DNA of 64,000 nt, from NCBI GenBank assembly GCA_951406725.2, contig OX597831.1, forward strand, positions 50,158,001-50,222,000, in the 5' to 3' direction. The notes below the pieces were generated by a model. The model searched no databases. It saw only the letters and a program-made list of their open reading frames with translations, and was not told the DNA's origin. A program made the position numbers and the translations under genes. Every line of letters begins with the position of its first letter. Positions within the stretch are counted from its first letter, which is position 1. Positions 40,896-53,449 of this stretch are shown piece after piece. The stretch comes from Octopus vulgaris. Its lineage: Eukaryota.

Positions 40896-42410
40896 ACATT
40901 GTTTCTATAAATTTAACATTTCTTCTTTCATAAATTTTGTACCAGTTATTCTTCTTGTTGTTGTTGTTATTTTGCCTAATTACGAGACTGATCTGGTGAA
41001 CTTATGAGCAAATTGTTGCAGCCGTATTTACATCGTAACTCATTATTTCATTAAGTGTGTGTGTTCGTGTCTGTGTATGAGTGTGTGTGTGTCTGTGTGT
41101 GAGTGTGTGAACGTTTGCGTGTACGTGCCTGCATCTATATTGTCAAGTAGATCATCACAATAAATTTGCCTCTTCAATCTTTGTCTCTTACTCGCCATAA
41201 ATAGATTGGCTGGTGCCATTTTAAAAGGCTTTAAATTAATAAGCCTGTTTTAGTATCCCCCAATATGTTTTCAGTATACAAATAGACAGGCAGACGGGCG
41301 GACGGACGGACGGACAGGCAAAGAGACTGACAAACAAACAGACAAACAGATGGAGTAATAGTTTTGAAGACTCAGCTGGGTGGCATTTTAGAGAATCAGT
41401 TCACAGATTCAAAGATTTCATTTATTCGTCTCGTATCAAATTTAATCTATCATACTTTAGAAGGTGTTTTTCTTTCTCGTATATACAGCGAAAGAGATGC
41501 GTATATAAGGTCTTTGAGTATACGTATTTCTTGTTCCTTAATAGCAAGATTATAAAGAAAAGGAGCACTCACTCGTAATTCAGTTAGAAATAATCCCCTG
41601 TGAAATTATATCTACGTCGTTGCTCGGCATATTAGTCAGTTCTCCCTCAGGGTCATATACTACTATTTCCACAGAAGAACGATATTTATATATTCCCGAT
41701 GTAGATATATTACTTCCGAATATATACAATAGACTGATATTCATTGCTGGAAAGATTTTTTGCCAGTAGCATTCTCTGTAGAGATAATCACACTTTAAAT
41801 CTCAGTTCATATCTCGAGTAATTAAATTATATCTATTTTCCTAAAGATAAAATGACTTTGTTAGGCACTTAAATGTTAAAACTAAAAGGAAAGAATCTGC
41901 TTTGATTGTCCATATGAATTTGATACGAAAATTAGATAAACGATTGGGAATCGTATTTAAATGCTTCGTTAAAAACACTCATGAAGAGTACTGAAAACGA
42001 AATACTATCATAATGTAAATGAAACATTTGCAGGTTAAAGTGGCTAGTGATAAACGATTTTAGTATTTGGTCTGATGTAAAGCTGCTAATATTGTAATAT
42101 AAATGTTGATTTTCTTGAACGTTCTTTGATGAGATGATTAAGGGAATTGGCTGAAAGCAATCGCCTCATACGTCTGCTATATGATTCATTCATTTCTCGC
42201 ATTAACTAAATGTCTCGTTCAACAAGACAGATTTCAAATGTGATTTATATTGAGGAATGTAATGCACATATATAATTATTCACGCCATTCTCAGGCGACT
42301 TAATCTATAAGCACAAACGCGCACATACACACACTTGCACAGACATACACACACACATACAATCACACAAGCAACCAACAAACACCCACCCACACGCACA
42401 TTCAGAAATG

Positions 42411-42459
<49 letters not shown>

Positions 42460-43039
42460 ATATATATATATATATATTTGCATCGCAACATACGAACATT
42501 CACGCTCATACAAACGTTTGTATGCGTACATAGGTGTAAGTATGTGTTTATGTATACTCACACACACACAAATATACCTACATATGTGCGTGTGTGTATG
42601 TATATATGTGTATACATGGATATATATTAGAAACAGATCAGTTACCGGAATAAAACTTTCAGAGAGAAAGAAGTAGTCTATACAGGTAGAATTGAAAATA
42701 TGCGTATGTATTTGTGCATCATAGATATAATTATGAATATAGAACGTGATGCTATAGCATTTCTATTAAGGCATATATATGTGTATGTGAGTACTCGTTA
42801 ATGCGTGTCTTCATGTTTTGTGTGTGTTTTGTATATCTTTTTTTTATAATTTGGAAAGCGATAAATTAGATTTCAATACATTAAGATTGACTACATTTAA
42901 ATGAAAGTTAATGAACCACTCAAGAACCCGAGTTTAGCGCGACAAGTCCATTTTGTCGACCTCCGACGGATAACAAGCATAATTAACTTCAGCGAGATTG
43001 AATCTCTGAATGTGAATGCAGCATCAATTATAGGTTTCA

Positions 43040-43495
43040 AATTTTTGCACAAGGCCAGCGGGTTCAGTGGTGGTGGTAGTGGTAGGGTTTAAGTCAATTA
43101 CATGGATACCATTGCTGAACTGGTACTTATTTTATCGATCCCGAACGGCAAAAGGTAAAATAAGCCTCGGCGAAATTTGAACTCAGAATGTAAAAACAGA
43201 CGAAATGCCGCTAAGCATTTGATCCTACAGGCTAACGATTCTATCAGCTTACCGCCTTATTGCCCATTAATATCAAGTCGTATTTAAGGTGGCAAGTCGT
43301 CAGGATCGTTAACACGACGTCTAAAAGCTTAGCTGTATTTCCTGCGTCTTCACGTTCTGAGCCGTTATGCCACAGAGGGCGACTTGCCTGTCATCCTTTC
43401 AGAGCCGATAAAATAAGTTTCAGATGAAGGCTGGCGTCGTTGTAATTAACTAGCTCCTCCTCCGAAATTGCTTGCCTTGTGTCAAGATTTGAAAC
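43040..43495. mobile_element. Head-to-head pair of SINE family B copies (minus 43040-43260, plus 43285-43495)
   Basis: Both carry the family B core in opposite orientations, ~25 bp apart. Confidence 0.7.
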
Positions 43496-44072
43496 CAACA
43501 TTATATTGAATTTATATTGAGTTAGACGTTCATATTCGGTCTACTTTTGTTAAATATCCTGCAAATATTTTTTCTTCACCAATATTTCGCAGTGTCGATT
43601 TGAAAATATCTTTAAAACGCAACGTGTAGAACATATTTCGTGTATATAGTGAACCAAGAACAATGTCATTTCTTCATCAAATATTTTTGATAAGTAAAAA
43701 ACACAATGAGTTAACTCTGTTATAATATACAAAAAACAAGTTCGGGAACGAAACGGCGCAACGGTTGTGTTAGTGATTGAAATTATTATGTAACTGAGAA
43801 AATTAAAATATTAAATCTGACTTTCACTATCTTTAATATTCGAGAAGAAGCTTTGTTTCATTTTAGCACTTTAAATATTTCAAACTTTCATATGTCATCT
43901 CTATTGTGCCACGCGTATTTCAGTTACAAACAGATTACATTCCTAATAGGAAAGCAGTGTTAAGACTGTGCAATTTGAGTTTTAAAATCGATGTCCGAAC
44001 ATCTGCTCTCTATGATTCTAAGATAAAGCTTGTGGATTTTAAGGATATGAATTCTTTAGGAAAGATACTTAC

Positions 44073-44100
44073 TCAGCAGAGGTCTTGCATTTGTATTCAT
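44073..44100 (-). CDS. Candidate first coding exon segment (MNTNARPLL, phase-1 donor) of an unidentified host gene
   Basis: ATG at 44100-44098 with an upstream in-frame TGA, followed by GA|GTAAGTAT (donor 44072-44067). No homolog recognised. Confidence 0.3.
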
Positions 44101-44780
44101 CTGAAGGTTTGTTGCTTTCTTTTTTGCATGTCATCCCTGAATGGAAGAGTGTGGGTTAGAAAAGATTTTAGGATTATGTATAGTGATAATTTCTTTAACA
44201 GAGAGGATATTGCTATGGCACTATTAGAAAATGGTGGCGGTTCGGATGTGACGATTTCAATGACGCTCGCGTGTAAAATTAAGGATGTAACGCCATCTGC
44301 TTTACAAAGCACGTTTCGGGAAGTAGGCTGTTGATGTATGAGGAGGATTGTAATGGATGCAACTGTATTTTGTGATATACAAAAATTCGTCTGGTGTGAC
44401 TTAGCGAGAGGTGAATCAGTACAAGCTGCAGTGCTGTAATCTGAATGAAAGCATCCGACTAAAGGGACTGCTTCTATGGATAGGAAATCAATGTAGATAA
44501 TTTCATGGTTAAAGTAGTCGAACGGGCTGTTGATGTCAATTGCAAAATGTTCTTTTAACCAAACATTTCGATTTTCGGAATCTCTTACGGAATTTGAGAT
44601 ATCGTTATTTAAATGTATAACATCTACAGCGAAATATTCACTAATACAACTTTTACAATCAACTGGCAAAATATTGATTTCAAAATTATTAAAAATATAT
44701 GGCATAAAGTGCAAAGATTGAAAGGTTGATATATTTTTGCTATAAGTTGAAATAAAACATAGCTGTATGTATGTATACAT
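44097..44780 (-). CDS. 227-codon non-repetitive ORF of unknown function (possible uORF, exon or lineage-specific gene)
   Basis: Longest ORF in the track, in unique non-microsatellite sequence with no TE motif recognised. First Met outside the microsatellite is at 44705. Confidence 0.3.
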   Translation of the reverse strand: MYTYIQLCFISTYSKNISTFQSLHFMPYIFNNFEINILPVDCKSCISEYFAVDVIHLNNDISNSVRDSENRNVWLKEHFAIDINSPFDYFNHEIIYIDFLSIEAVPLVGCFHSDYSTAACTDSPLAKSHQTNFCISQNTVASITILLIHQQPTSRNVLCKADGVTSLILHASVIEIVTSEPPPFSNSAIAISSLLKKLSLYIILKSFLTHTLPFRDDMQKRKQQTFR

Positions 44781-45323
44781 GCATGTGTATATTTATGTAT
44801 GTATGCATATGTATATATATATATATCCATATATGTGAATATATATATCCATATATGTGAATATATATATGTGTGCGAGTGTGTGTGTGTGTGTAGTCAC
44901 AATAAGGATACTTAAACCTCTTATAGTGATATTATATCTAAGATACACAGGTTAATATATTGTATTTTGTAGAGATATTTCTTCAATGAATATATTACAT
45001 AACATATCGTAAAATATCAAACGTTATTATTAAGTTAGAAAACAAGGAGATCTGATGGATACAAATTAATTAATTAATTAACATATTCACCTACAATTTT
45101 TCCATTTCACAAATAAAACTGAAATTTCAAAACATATAAATATACAATTTTCCATTTTAAATACCTTGAATGGGAAATCATCAGAGTGTAGGAAGGACAA
45201 TACAAGGATTACGTTTGAAATATACGTTTGAAATACTCAGAGTATATAGACATGTTCATTATGTGTGTATGTATATGTGTGCGTGTACACATGCGTTAAA
45301 ATTATTACTTTTATTTTTAATTA

Positions 45324-45392
<69 letters not shown>
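45324..45392. repeat. (AAT)n microsatellite
   Basis: Directly visible. Confidence 0.95.
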
Positions 45393-45779
45393 CAGTAATG
45401 AGTTATAGTATATATATATATATATATATATTGTATATAACATAACTATATATATATATGTGTGTGTGTGGGTGTGTGTATTCAAGGGTATATATAGTCA
45501 TGAATAGATGATCGCTGATTGATTGCTTTTATGTGAATAATAATTGATTAGTGTTTAATTGAATATTATTGAACATATAGAAGGATGAAAGTAAGATCAG
45601 ATCATGAAAAAATATATATGAATCGACCTTTGAGAATCTATTGCTGCGGGGATATGGAAGTGTATAACCGAATAGTATGAGTTGCGAAGTTTTAAATTGG
45701 CAATGAACGGCAAGCGAAATGAACGATGGAGCTTACACAGTGAAACTTAATAAAAACGAATACTAAATATTCGTTTGTA

Positions 45780-45998
45780 CTCTAGGCACAAAACCCGTAA
45801 GTTTTTTTTTTAGGGGGGGGGGGGGGGATAGTCGATTAGATCGACCCCAGTACGCCAGTGGTACTTAATTTATCAACCCCGAAATGATGAAAGGTAAAGT
45901 TGACCTCGGCGGAATTTGAACTCAGAACGTAAAGACAAACGAAAGACTGCTAAACATTTCGAACGGCGTGCTAACGGTTCTGGCAGCTCGCCGCCTTA
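45780..45998 (-). mobile_element. SINE family B
   Basis: ..gacctcggcggaatttgaactcagaacgtaaagac..gctcgccgcc. Confidence 0.85.
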
Positions 45999-46785
45999 CG
46001 AATATAAAATATTAACATGATATTGCATTGAAATTGTATTCATAGAAATAGGAAAATAATAGATATTAAATCCAAAATGAAAATATAACTCATAAAAGCG
46101 TGGGGGTATAAGTGTAAGGTAGTAGTATTAAATATTCCTTTTTATAATAAAAACAAATTGTGATGATGCTAATACCGATAATCATAATAACAATAGTAAT
46201 AGTAAAATGATACCTATATTTTATGAAATATTTTCAGATATCTAAAAATAGTCTAGTGATGTAAAAAGAAGACTATATATGATTTTCTACATAAGTATTT
46301 TTTTTAAAAAACTCCTTAAAAATTTTTATTTCCAACAAAAGTTTTTAACTATTCTTCAATAAAATTATCAAGATATTTTTTTTAAATAATTCAGCAAAAG
46401 TATTTTTCAGGCGAAATAGCAAGGACAAAAGAATTTGTGGAGTGAAATTCATAAAGTGGAGTCTATGGAGTCTATGAAGTATAGAGGATAATGATTTAAT
46501 ACAAGAAATGATAGCTGGAAGTCGTAAAAATAGTGATGGATATGAAAATAACAACAGTGAAGAGGCTAATAAATTAATGATGAGGATGCTGAAAATAGGA
46601 CATATTTTTAGAAACGTCAGGGACGAAGATGTTAAAGATGCGATTGTTGTATGTTCTATACATATGTGTATACACATAAGTCTGTTAACGCACTTCGGTT
46701 TAAGGTAGTATCACTGCATAAAAGAAAATACGAGATGTGATAAGAATAGGATAATAAAGGAAATTATACGTTAAGAAATTGATAT

Positions 46786-47118
46786 CAGTGGTTCTCAACT
46801 AGTGCCCATATTGTCCCTAAGGGTCCATATATGATTTGGTGCGGTTGGGGGTCAACGTAAGAAAATAGTGAATTGGGAATCCACAATAGTATTTTAAGAG
46901 ATCCTGAAAATGTTTTGCTTTAGATGTATGTATTGGTTTTTATTGAAAAATGCCCAACTAGGTTTCTTTCTCTAACATTTCACATATATTAACCTACACG
47001 GAAACAAAAGAGAAGTTTCTATAAACCTAATTTTTAAACATTGAATGACTATGGGGGTCCACCACAATAAAATAGTAATCAAAGGGTTCCATAAGCCCAA
47101 AATGATTGAGGACCCCTG
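46786..47118. mobile_element. hAT (Charlie-type) MITE
   Basis: TIRs cagtggttctcaac / attgaggacccctg; flanks attgatat / atttagat look like a decayed 8-bp TSD. Confidence 0.65.
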
Positions 47119-47439
47119 ATTTAGATGATAACTAATAGATTATCTTTTCAAGAATTTGAGAATGCGATTATAATTTAGTAATTTTACATCTCGTATGCTT
47201 TATTTCTGTTTTGTTTTCCTACCACAAGATTGGCTTGTTAAAAATGTTTGTGAAAAGACACTAATTCTTATGATGAATTCAGGTCCGTGATTTCGTGCAA
47301 GAAAATGGTTATCTTTTCTGCGGTGCAAGAGTTTCTGTGAAGATGTTGACGTTGTCTAACGTTTTCTACTTCAGCTTGCCATAATTTTCAAAGAGATGTG
47401 TTTGACTAGGTTTGTGTCGGCTCTTATTCTTTTCTACTC

Positions 47440-47843
47440 TAGCCACAAGGCCCGAAATTTTGGGGGAGGGGCCAGTCGATTAGTGCGCAACTGGTACTTT
47501 ATTTATTGACCACGAAAGAATGAAAAGCAAAGTCAACCTCGGAATTTGAACTGAGAACGTAAAGAAAGACAGACGAAATGCCGCTAAGCATTTCGCTCGG
47601 CGTGCTAACTTTTTTGCCAGCTCGCCGCCTTATTTTAATCTTTTGGCACAAGGCCAGCAATTTCAGGGTCAGGATAAGTTGATTACATCGATCCCAGTGA
47701 CCAGCTGTTATTTATTTTATTGACTTTGAGAGGATAGAAGCCAAAGTCTTCCTCAGCGAAATTTCAACACGGTCCGCGAAGAGGGACGAAATGTCGCTAA
47801 GAATTTTTGACCGTGTGCTAAAGGCTCTGTCAGCTCGCCGCCA
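47440..47843 (-). mobile_element. Two SINE family B copies head-to-tail
   Basis: Units ~47440-47631 and ~47643-47843, each ending gctcgccgcc on the + strand. Confidence 0.8.
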
Positions 47844-49303
47844 TGTCGGCTTTTCTTAATGACTTTCTGAGAGAGAAAACACATTGTTCGAGACTGGACT
47901 TGTATATAGTGACAGTGAATGTTTGATACTCTTCATAAACAAATAAGCAAATATAGATATTGATATGTATATGTGTGTATTTGTGTGTACAGGTTTGTCT
48001 GTCTCTTCATTGCTCTTTTAAACTCATTTTCGCTATGGACATCAAATAACTGTATACTGTAAGTGCTTTATTTTGGTGTGAAGGCGAGGAAGTTGCCCAC
48101 ATTTAAGTAGGTGTCTATAGTAATGTTTAAGTCATAGGCTAATAAGTTTGAATCTGCACTCTACTGATGAGAAAATTGGGAGTAAATTAAGGGTTCATAG
48201 ATAAACATATACTACTCGTCTCTCTTACTATCTTAGAACGATCAGAACAGTCCATTGAGCGCATATATCAGAGACACAACTTGGAGACTTCAACCAGCTT
48301 CTCATACTCAAAGTTCAAGAACGACCACCGTAAATCTATCAGGTTATATGCGGTCATTGAAAGCCAAAACATCAAATATTTTATCGTCAAATGGACAGCG
48401 TTAGACCACGGATAACTTTAATTGATTAAAAAGATATTTAAAATTTTACGCTGAGGAAACACGTCCAACTTACTCAATAAAAGATCCATCTCGAAATCAA
48501 GGTTAGAGATAAATAAAAAACATATTTACCAATTGAAAGCTTATGGAGAGTAAACTCCTGAAATTCCAAAGGGTCACAAGAAAATCGGCCTCAAACTTAC
48601 ATGCCATCTTTTATTTAAATTTTTTTCCCATGCAACTTAAGAGTTATTAAATCTACCATCTTAATATTCATCTATACTACGAATAGAATTTCCAATTTGT
48701 ATGTAAGTGTTCTCAGAAATCGCTGGGTGTATATCTCATTCGCACTTTCAACAGCATAGCCCTATCCTTACATAAAATACTACAGACAGTAGTATCATCG
48801 TTACTTCACTTGCATTATCACTGCTATCAATATTTTTATTTTCATAACCATTCGTACTTTTAAAAATAGTTATCGACTCTTCTCATCAATGTATATCACC
48901 CAAAATTTACTTTATGTAGTCAATCTACATACGCATATGCAGTCTCTTTTTCCCATGTCAAATCTTTATTTTTTTTGCGGACTTTTCTTTTTTTTTTTCA
49001 CAATAATACTCAAGAGATATTCTTAGATATTTTCTTTAAAGATTAACATAAAGCCATAATGTACACAACTTCTTTACAGATATTTTTTAAAGAAATCTTT
49101 TCGTACAATTTCGTATCTAGAATATTTTCTTTTGAGAATCACTTGTGAATTTTCTGGAACGTTTGAAGAAATGGGTTAAAATATCAGTATGATAATGACA
49201 AACAGCATCATCATTATTAGAAAAATCGTTAATGCTATTATACTTTGCTATCCATCATTTCTTTAATTTTCATATTTATTCATTATCTATTCGCTGCCTT
49301 TGT

Positions 49304-49545
49304 GGAGGCGCGTGGCTTAGTGATTAGGCTGTCAGCATCATGATCGTAAGATTGTGGGTTCGATTCCTGGACCGGACGGCATGTTGTGTTCTTGAGCAAA
49401 GCACTTCATTTCACGTTGCTCCAGTCCACTCAGCTGGCAAAAATGAGTAACGCTGCGATGGACTGGCGTCCCGTCCAGCTGGGGAACACATACACCATAG
49501 AAACCGGGCCCATGTGCCTGGCCAGGCTTTAAAAGGGCGCGTTTA
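49304..49545 (+). mobile_element. V-SINE-like element (family C), well preserved
   Basis: ggaggcgcgtggcttagtg (A box)..gggttcgattcc (B box)..gcgatggactggcgtcccgtccag. Confidence 0.8.
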
Positions 49546-49704
49546 TTTTGTATTTTTCTTCGCCGCCTTTATATTTTCACGTTTCACTTGTTACCTTCTA
49601 GATATCTAGATACACTTTTTCATCAGCATATATTTGTGTGTGTCTACCTGTGTGTGTTTTGTGCGCACATGTCTGTTATAGTAAATCAGCGACGAGAAAT
49701 TATA

Positions 49705-49930
49705 TTCTACTTGTTTTGTTTCTGTCCTTCGACTGCGGCCATGCTGGAGCACCACCTTAAAGGGCTTTAGTCGAAAAGTCAGCACCAAAGATTTAGTATT
49801 TGTATGCCTAGTACTTATTCTATCGGGCTCTGTTTTTTTGTCGAACTGCTAAGTTACGGGGACATAAGCACACCAGCATTGTCAAACAATGTCGTGGGGA
49901 CAGACACAGAGACACGAACACACACACATA
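49705..49930 (-). mobile_element. SINE family A, 3' half
   Basis: gactgcggccatgctggagcacc..gcctagtacttattctatcgg..gctaagttacggggac. Confidence 0.8.
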
Positions 49931-49980
49931 AATATATATATATATATAGGAGAGTATTGTAGTTCGCTTGAAACATTGTG

Positions 49981-50550
49981 TATCCATACCTCGTCAGTAA
50001 GGTAGATCTAAAATATATAAATATGAGACTACAATACGTACCGAAAACACAAAGTATACACATACGCATTCAGGTTCATCTTTATGCATAAAAAATTCAA
50101 ATCGAATGCCTTCAAGCATGGCCTATGACTGCCAGTTTTAGCATGTAAGAAACCCACAAGATGGCTTTTTATCTCTGTATACTTTATACACTATTATATA
50201 TAAAGATATTTATGTCTGCTGACATTAATTTCGCATGCTAACCACTGGTGTAAATTATTTAATAATTCTTACCCTTGTATTTATAAAGTTAAATATTTAA
50301 ATTCTCCGGCCGGATAGTACACACTTTACTACTATGCTGTACTACTTTGGCTTGATATGTTGCTTGAAATCAATTGATTTGAATTATTGGTGTATAAAGA
50401 TGGAACTGAATGCACATGAGGTTATTTTGAGTTTTCGGTACGTATTGTAGTCTCATATTTATACATTTTAGAGCGGCCTTACTGACGAGCTACAGATGAT
50501 TAGTTTATTTATGAGGGCATTTATGGTAAAACTCGAGGGTATAAAGGTTA
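49981..50550. repeat. Fold-back element with ~150-bp diverged inverted arms
   Basis: 49981-50130 is the reverse complement of ~50360-50500 (shared ttttcggtacgtattgtagtctcatatttata..ccttactgacgag). Confidence 0.8.
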
Positions 50551-50920
50551 ACTGAAATTTTTATTCACTTAACTGTCTTGGTCGCGTACAAACAATGTAC
50601 TTTAATGTAATAATGATTTTTCATTGTTTTGGCCTTTGATTGCCATTTTTAGCATGGATTGTTTTCTGTTCGTGTATATTTCATACACTGTTATATCTAA
50701 AAAATATTTGTCTTCTCACTTTTATTACGCATGCTAATCACTTGTATAAATTATTTAAAATTTTTACCCGTCTGTATGTAAAATTTTATATATTCATATA
50801 TATATATATATATAATCAATCAATATAGGGTGGCAAAAAAAAAATTTTGTAGAATTCTTTTGCCACCAGCGGCCTAGTAGGAAAAAATTAAAATAGTCAA
50901 AGACCATTTTTAAGTTCAAC

Positions 50921-51118
50921 ATCAACAATAAAGGAACGGCCATAATAGGCCATTCACCCACTAGAAATAAAGAAAGCAACCGCAAATAAAAGTCATTCAA
51001 AACCAGGAGAAAATTTAAAAATTTAAAAAATTTAAAAAGGGTAAATGTTTTTAAATTTTCTCTGGTTTACTGATTGACATTTGCGGTTGACTTTATTCTA
51101 GTATGGCCGTTCTATTGT

Positions 51119-51122
<4 letters not shown>
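50921..51122. repeat. Imperfect ~200-bp hairpin between (TA)n tracts
   Basis: atcaacaata..gaacggccata..ctagaaataaag..caaccgcaaat..aaaccaggagaaaatttaaaaa pairs with tttttaaattttctctggttt..atttgcggttg..ctttattctag..tatggccgttctattgttgat. Confidence 0.75.
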
Positions 51123-51176
<54 letters not shown>

Positions 51177-51178
<2 letters not shown>

Positions 51179-51470
51179 CAGTGGCTGTATGGTAAGTAGC
51201 TTGCGTACCAACCACATGATTCCGAGCTCAGTCAAACTAGATGGCACCCTCGGCAAGAGTCATCTACTATAGCTTTGGGCCGATCAAAGACTTAGTGGAT
51301 TTGGTAGACGGAAAGAAACCGTCGTATATATATCTGTGTGTCTCTGTTTGTTCCCCTCCCCCCATCATCGCTTGACAACCGATATCGGTGCGTTTCCATC
51401 CCCGTAAAATTAGCGGCTCGACAAAAATGATCAATAGAACAAGTACTAGGTTTGCAAAGGATCTCTTTGG
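51177..51470 (+). mobile_element. SINE family A, 3'-truncated at the PLE fragment
   Basis: Head gcagtggctgtatggtaagtagcttgc and family A core. Confidence 0.8.
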
Positions 51471-51485
51471 GGGCATTCAACACTA

Positions 51486-52250
51486 TTATGCAAAATCTTC
51501 CTTTACTAACTAGACATCCAAAAATGAACGACATCCTGAAAACGCACAAACTCATCAAATGTAAAGAAACTGCTAACAAATGCGAAGCTTTACAAAACAA
51601 CCACGAAACCAACAGCTGAAAAATGTGGACGCCCAAACTGTGGAACCCGCCCTAACCTACTTCAAGGCCAGGGTTTATTTTCAAACAAGGACAGAGGTTC
51701 ACAATTAAAACTAGTTTCACTTGTGCCTCTGGGAACCTAATTTATGTAACAACCTGCTCGGGTTGCTGACACAACTATATTGGACAGACGAGTATGATCT
51801 TGAGAAAGAGAACCACTCTACATAAAGAGCAAATCCGTTTCCCGCAATACAGGCAAATTCCTCTCAGTGAACATATAGAAAAATGTGCAGATAACATCAA
51901 ACCAAATTTCACAGTGTTCCCCTTCTACTAGTGCAAAGACACAATATCTCCGCAACAACGTTTAAATAAAGAATTTTTTTCATTGGAAAATACAGAACAC
52001 GTCTTAATATGCACGCATAACCAACTTTTATCTTTTTACACATTTCAATTCACGATTACATCACTGTATATAAATCCCCTCACTAAACAAGGTTTTCGAA
52101 ACCTGTTTTTGTCTGTACATATGTATTCCCCTCTCATTACCGAAAGCTGAACAATTATCTCCCTTACCCACAGCAATAATAACAATAATAACAATAACCA
52201 ATTACCTCACCTTATTTTTCTACTTGTGAAATCATTCACTCGTATATATC
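51486..52250 (+). pseudogene. PLE GIY-YIG endonuclease 3' fragment with 3' UTR (copy 2)
   Basis: KCGRPNCGT..RFTIKTSFTCASGNLIYVTTCSGC*HNYIGQTSMILRKRTTLHKEQIRFPQYRQIPLSEHIEKC; highly similar to 36375-36990. Confidence 0.85.
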
Positions 52251-52459
52251 GTCACACACAACATGGACAAAATTTCTTTTTAAGAAAAAATACATATTCA
52301 AATAAGTAAAACGTAATATCATGAATAGTGATAGCGAAACCAGTCGATATGTTAAAGACTATGTTAAAACTATGTAAAGTGTGCGTATTTTCCATTTTTA
52401 ATTTCCTATATACATTATAACTCACCACGTGGGGATAATTGAAATTGATCCTTTTTGTT

Positions 52460-52506
<47 letters not shown>

Positions 52507-52509
52507 ATA

Positions 52510-52552
<43 letters not shown>

Positions 52553-53105
52553 GTATATGTGTGTTTGTGTATTTGTGTGTCTGTGTTTGTCCCCAACTTT
52601 CGCTTGACAACCGTGTGTTTACGTCCTGTGTACCTTAGCGGTTCGGCAAAAGAGACCGATAGAATAAGTATTAGGCTTACAAAGAATAAGTTGACTGAAG
52701 GCGGTGCTCCCGCATAACCGCAGTCAAGTGACTGAATCAAGTAAAAGGATACAACAAAATAAGATCGCACAATGAAGTTACATTGATTTCATTTATCATA
52801 CGCTTCATAGAATCTGATTAAGAACGCATTCGGGGATTTCTAAGTTTATATATTTATCTAGCAACCTAGTATTCTCGTGCTATTTACTTACGACGTGAAA
52901 CCTGAAATAGTGTCTCGCTAAGAAAGCATTCAACAAAATGAAATATACTTCTCTTCACTGGAAAGCGATGGTAAGTCTATAAATCTTTCTTACAGTAGCA
53001 TATACAAAATGTTAGTTTTTGTATCTATGAACACATGCACGCACTCACAATTATATACATATATGTATATGAATATCTGTTTATCCTTCAGAGATTTATT
53101 ATTAC

Positions 53106-53322
<217 letters not shown>

Positions 53323-53358
53323 AATTCCACTCGTGCGGTACCTTACAACTCCACTTTG

Positions 53359-53449
<91 letters not shown>

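Noticed and set aside
43906-44334. 142-aa plus-strand ORF overlapping the 227-aa ORF
   Set aside because: GTG start, no recognisable motif; the splice donor and longer ORF favour the minus strand.
46345-46708. Overlapping short ORFs in purine-rich sequence
   Set aside because: Low-complexity composition, no homology recognised and no convincing splice-site pair.
49304-49375. tRNA-like sequence with A and B boxes (also at 9895, 25400-25470 and 51177)
   Set aside because: These are SINE heads continuing into family bodies; no complete cloverleaf was seen.
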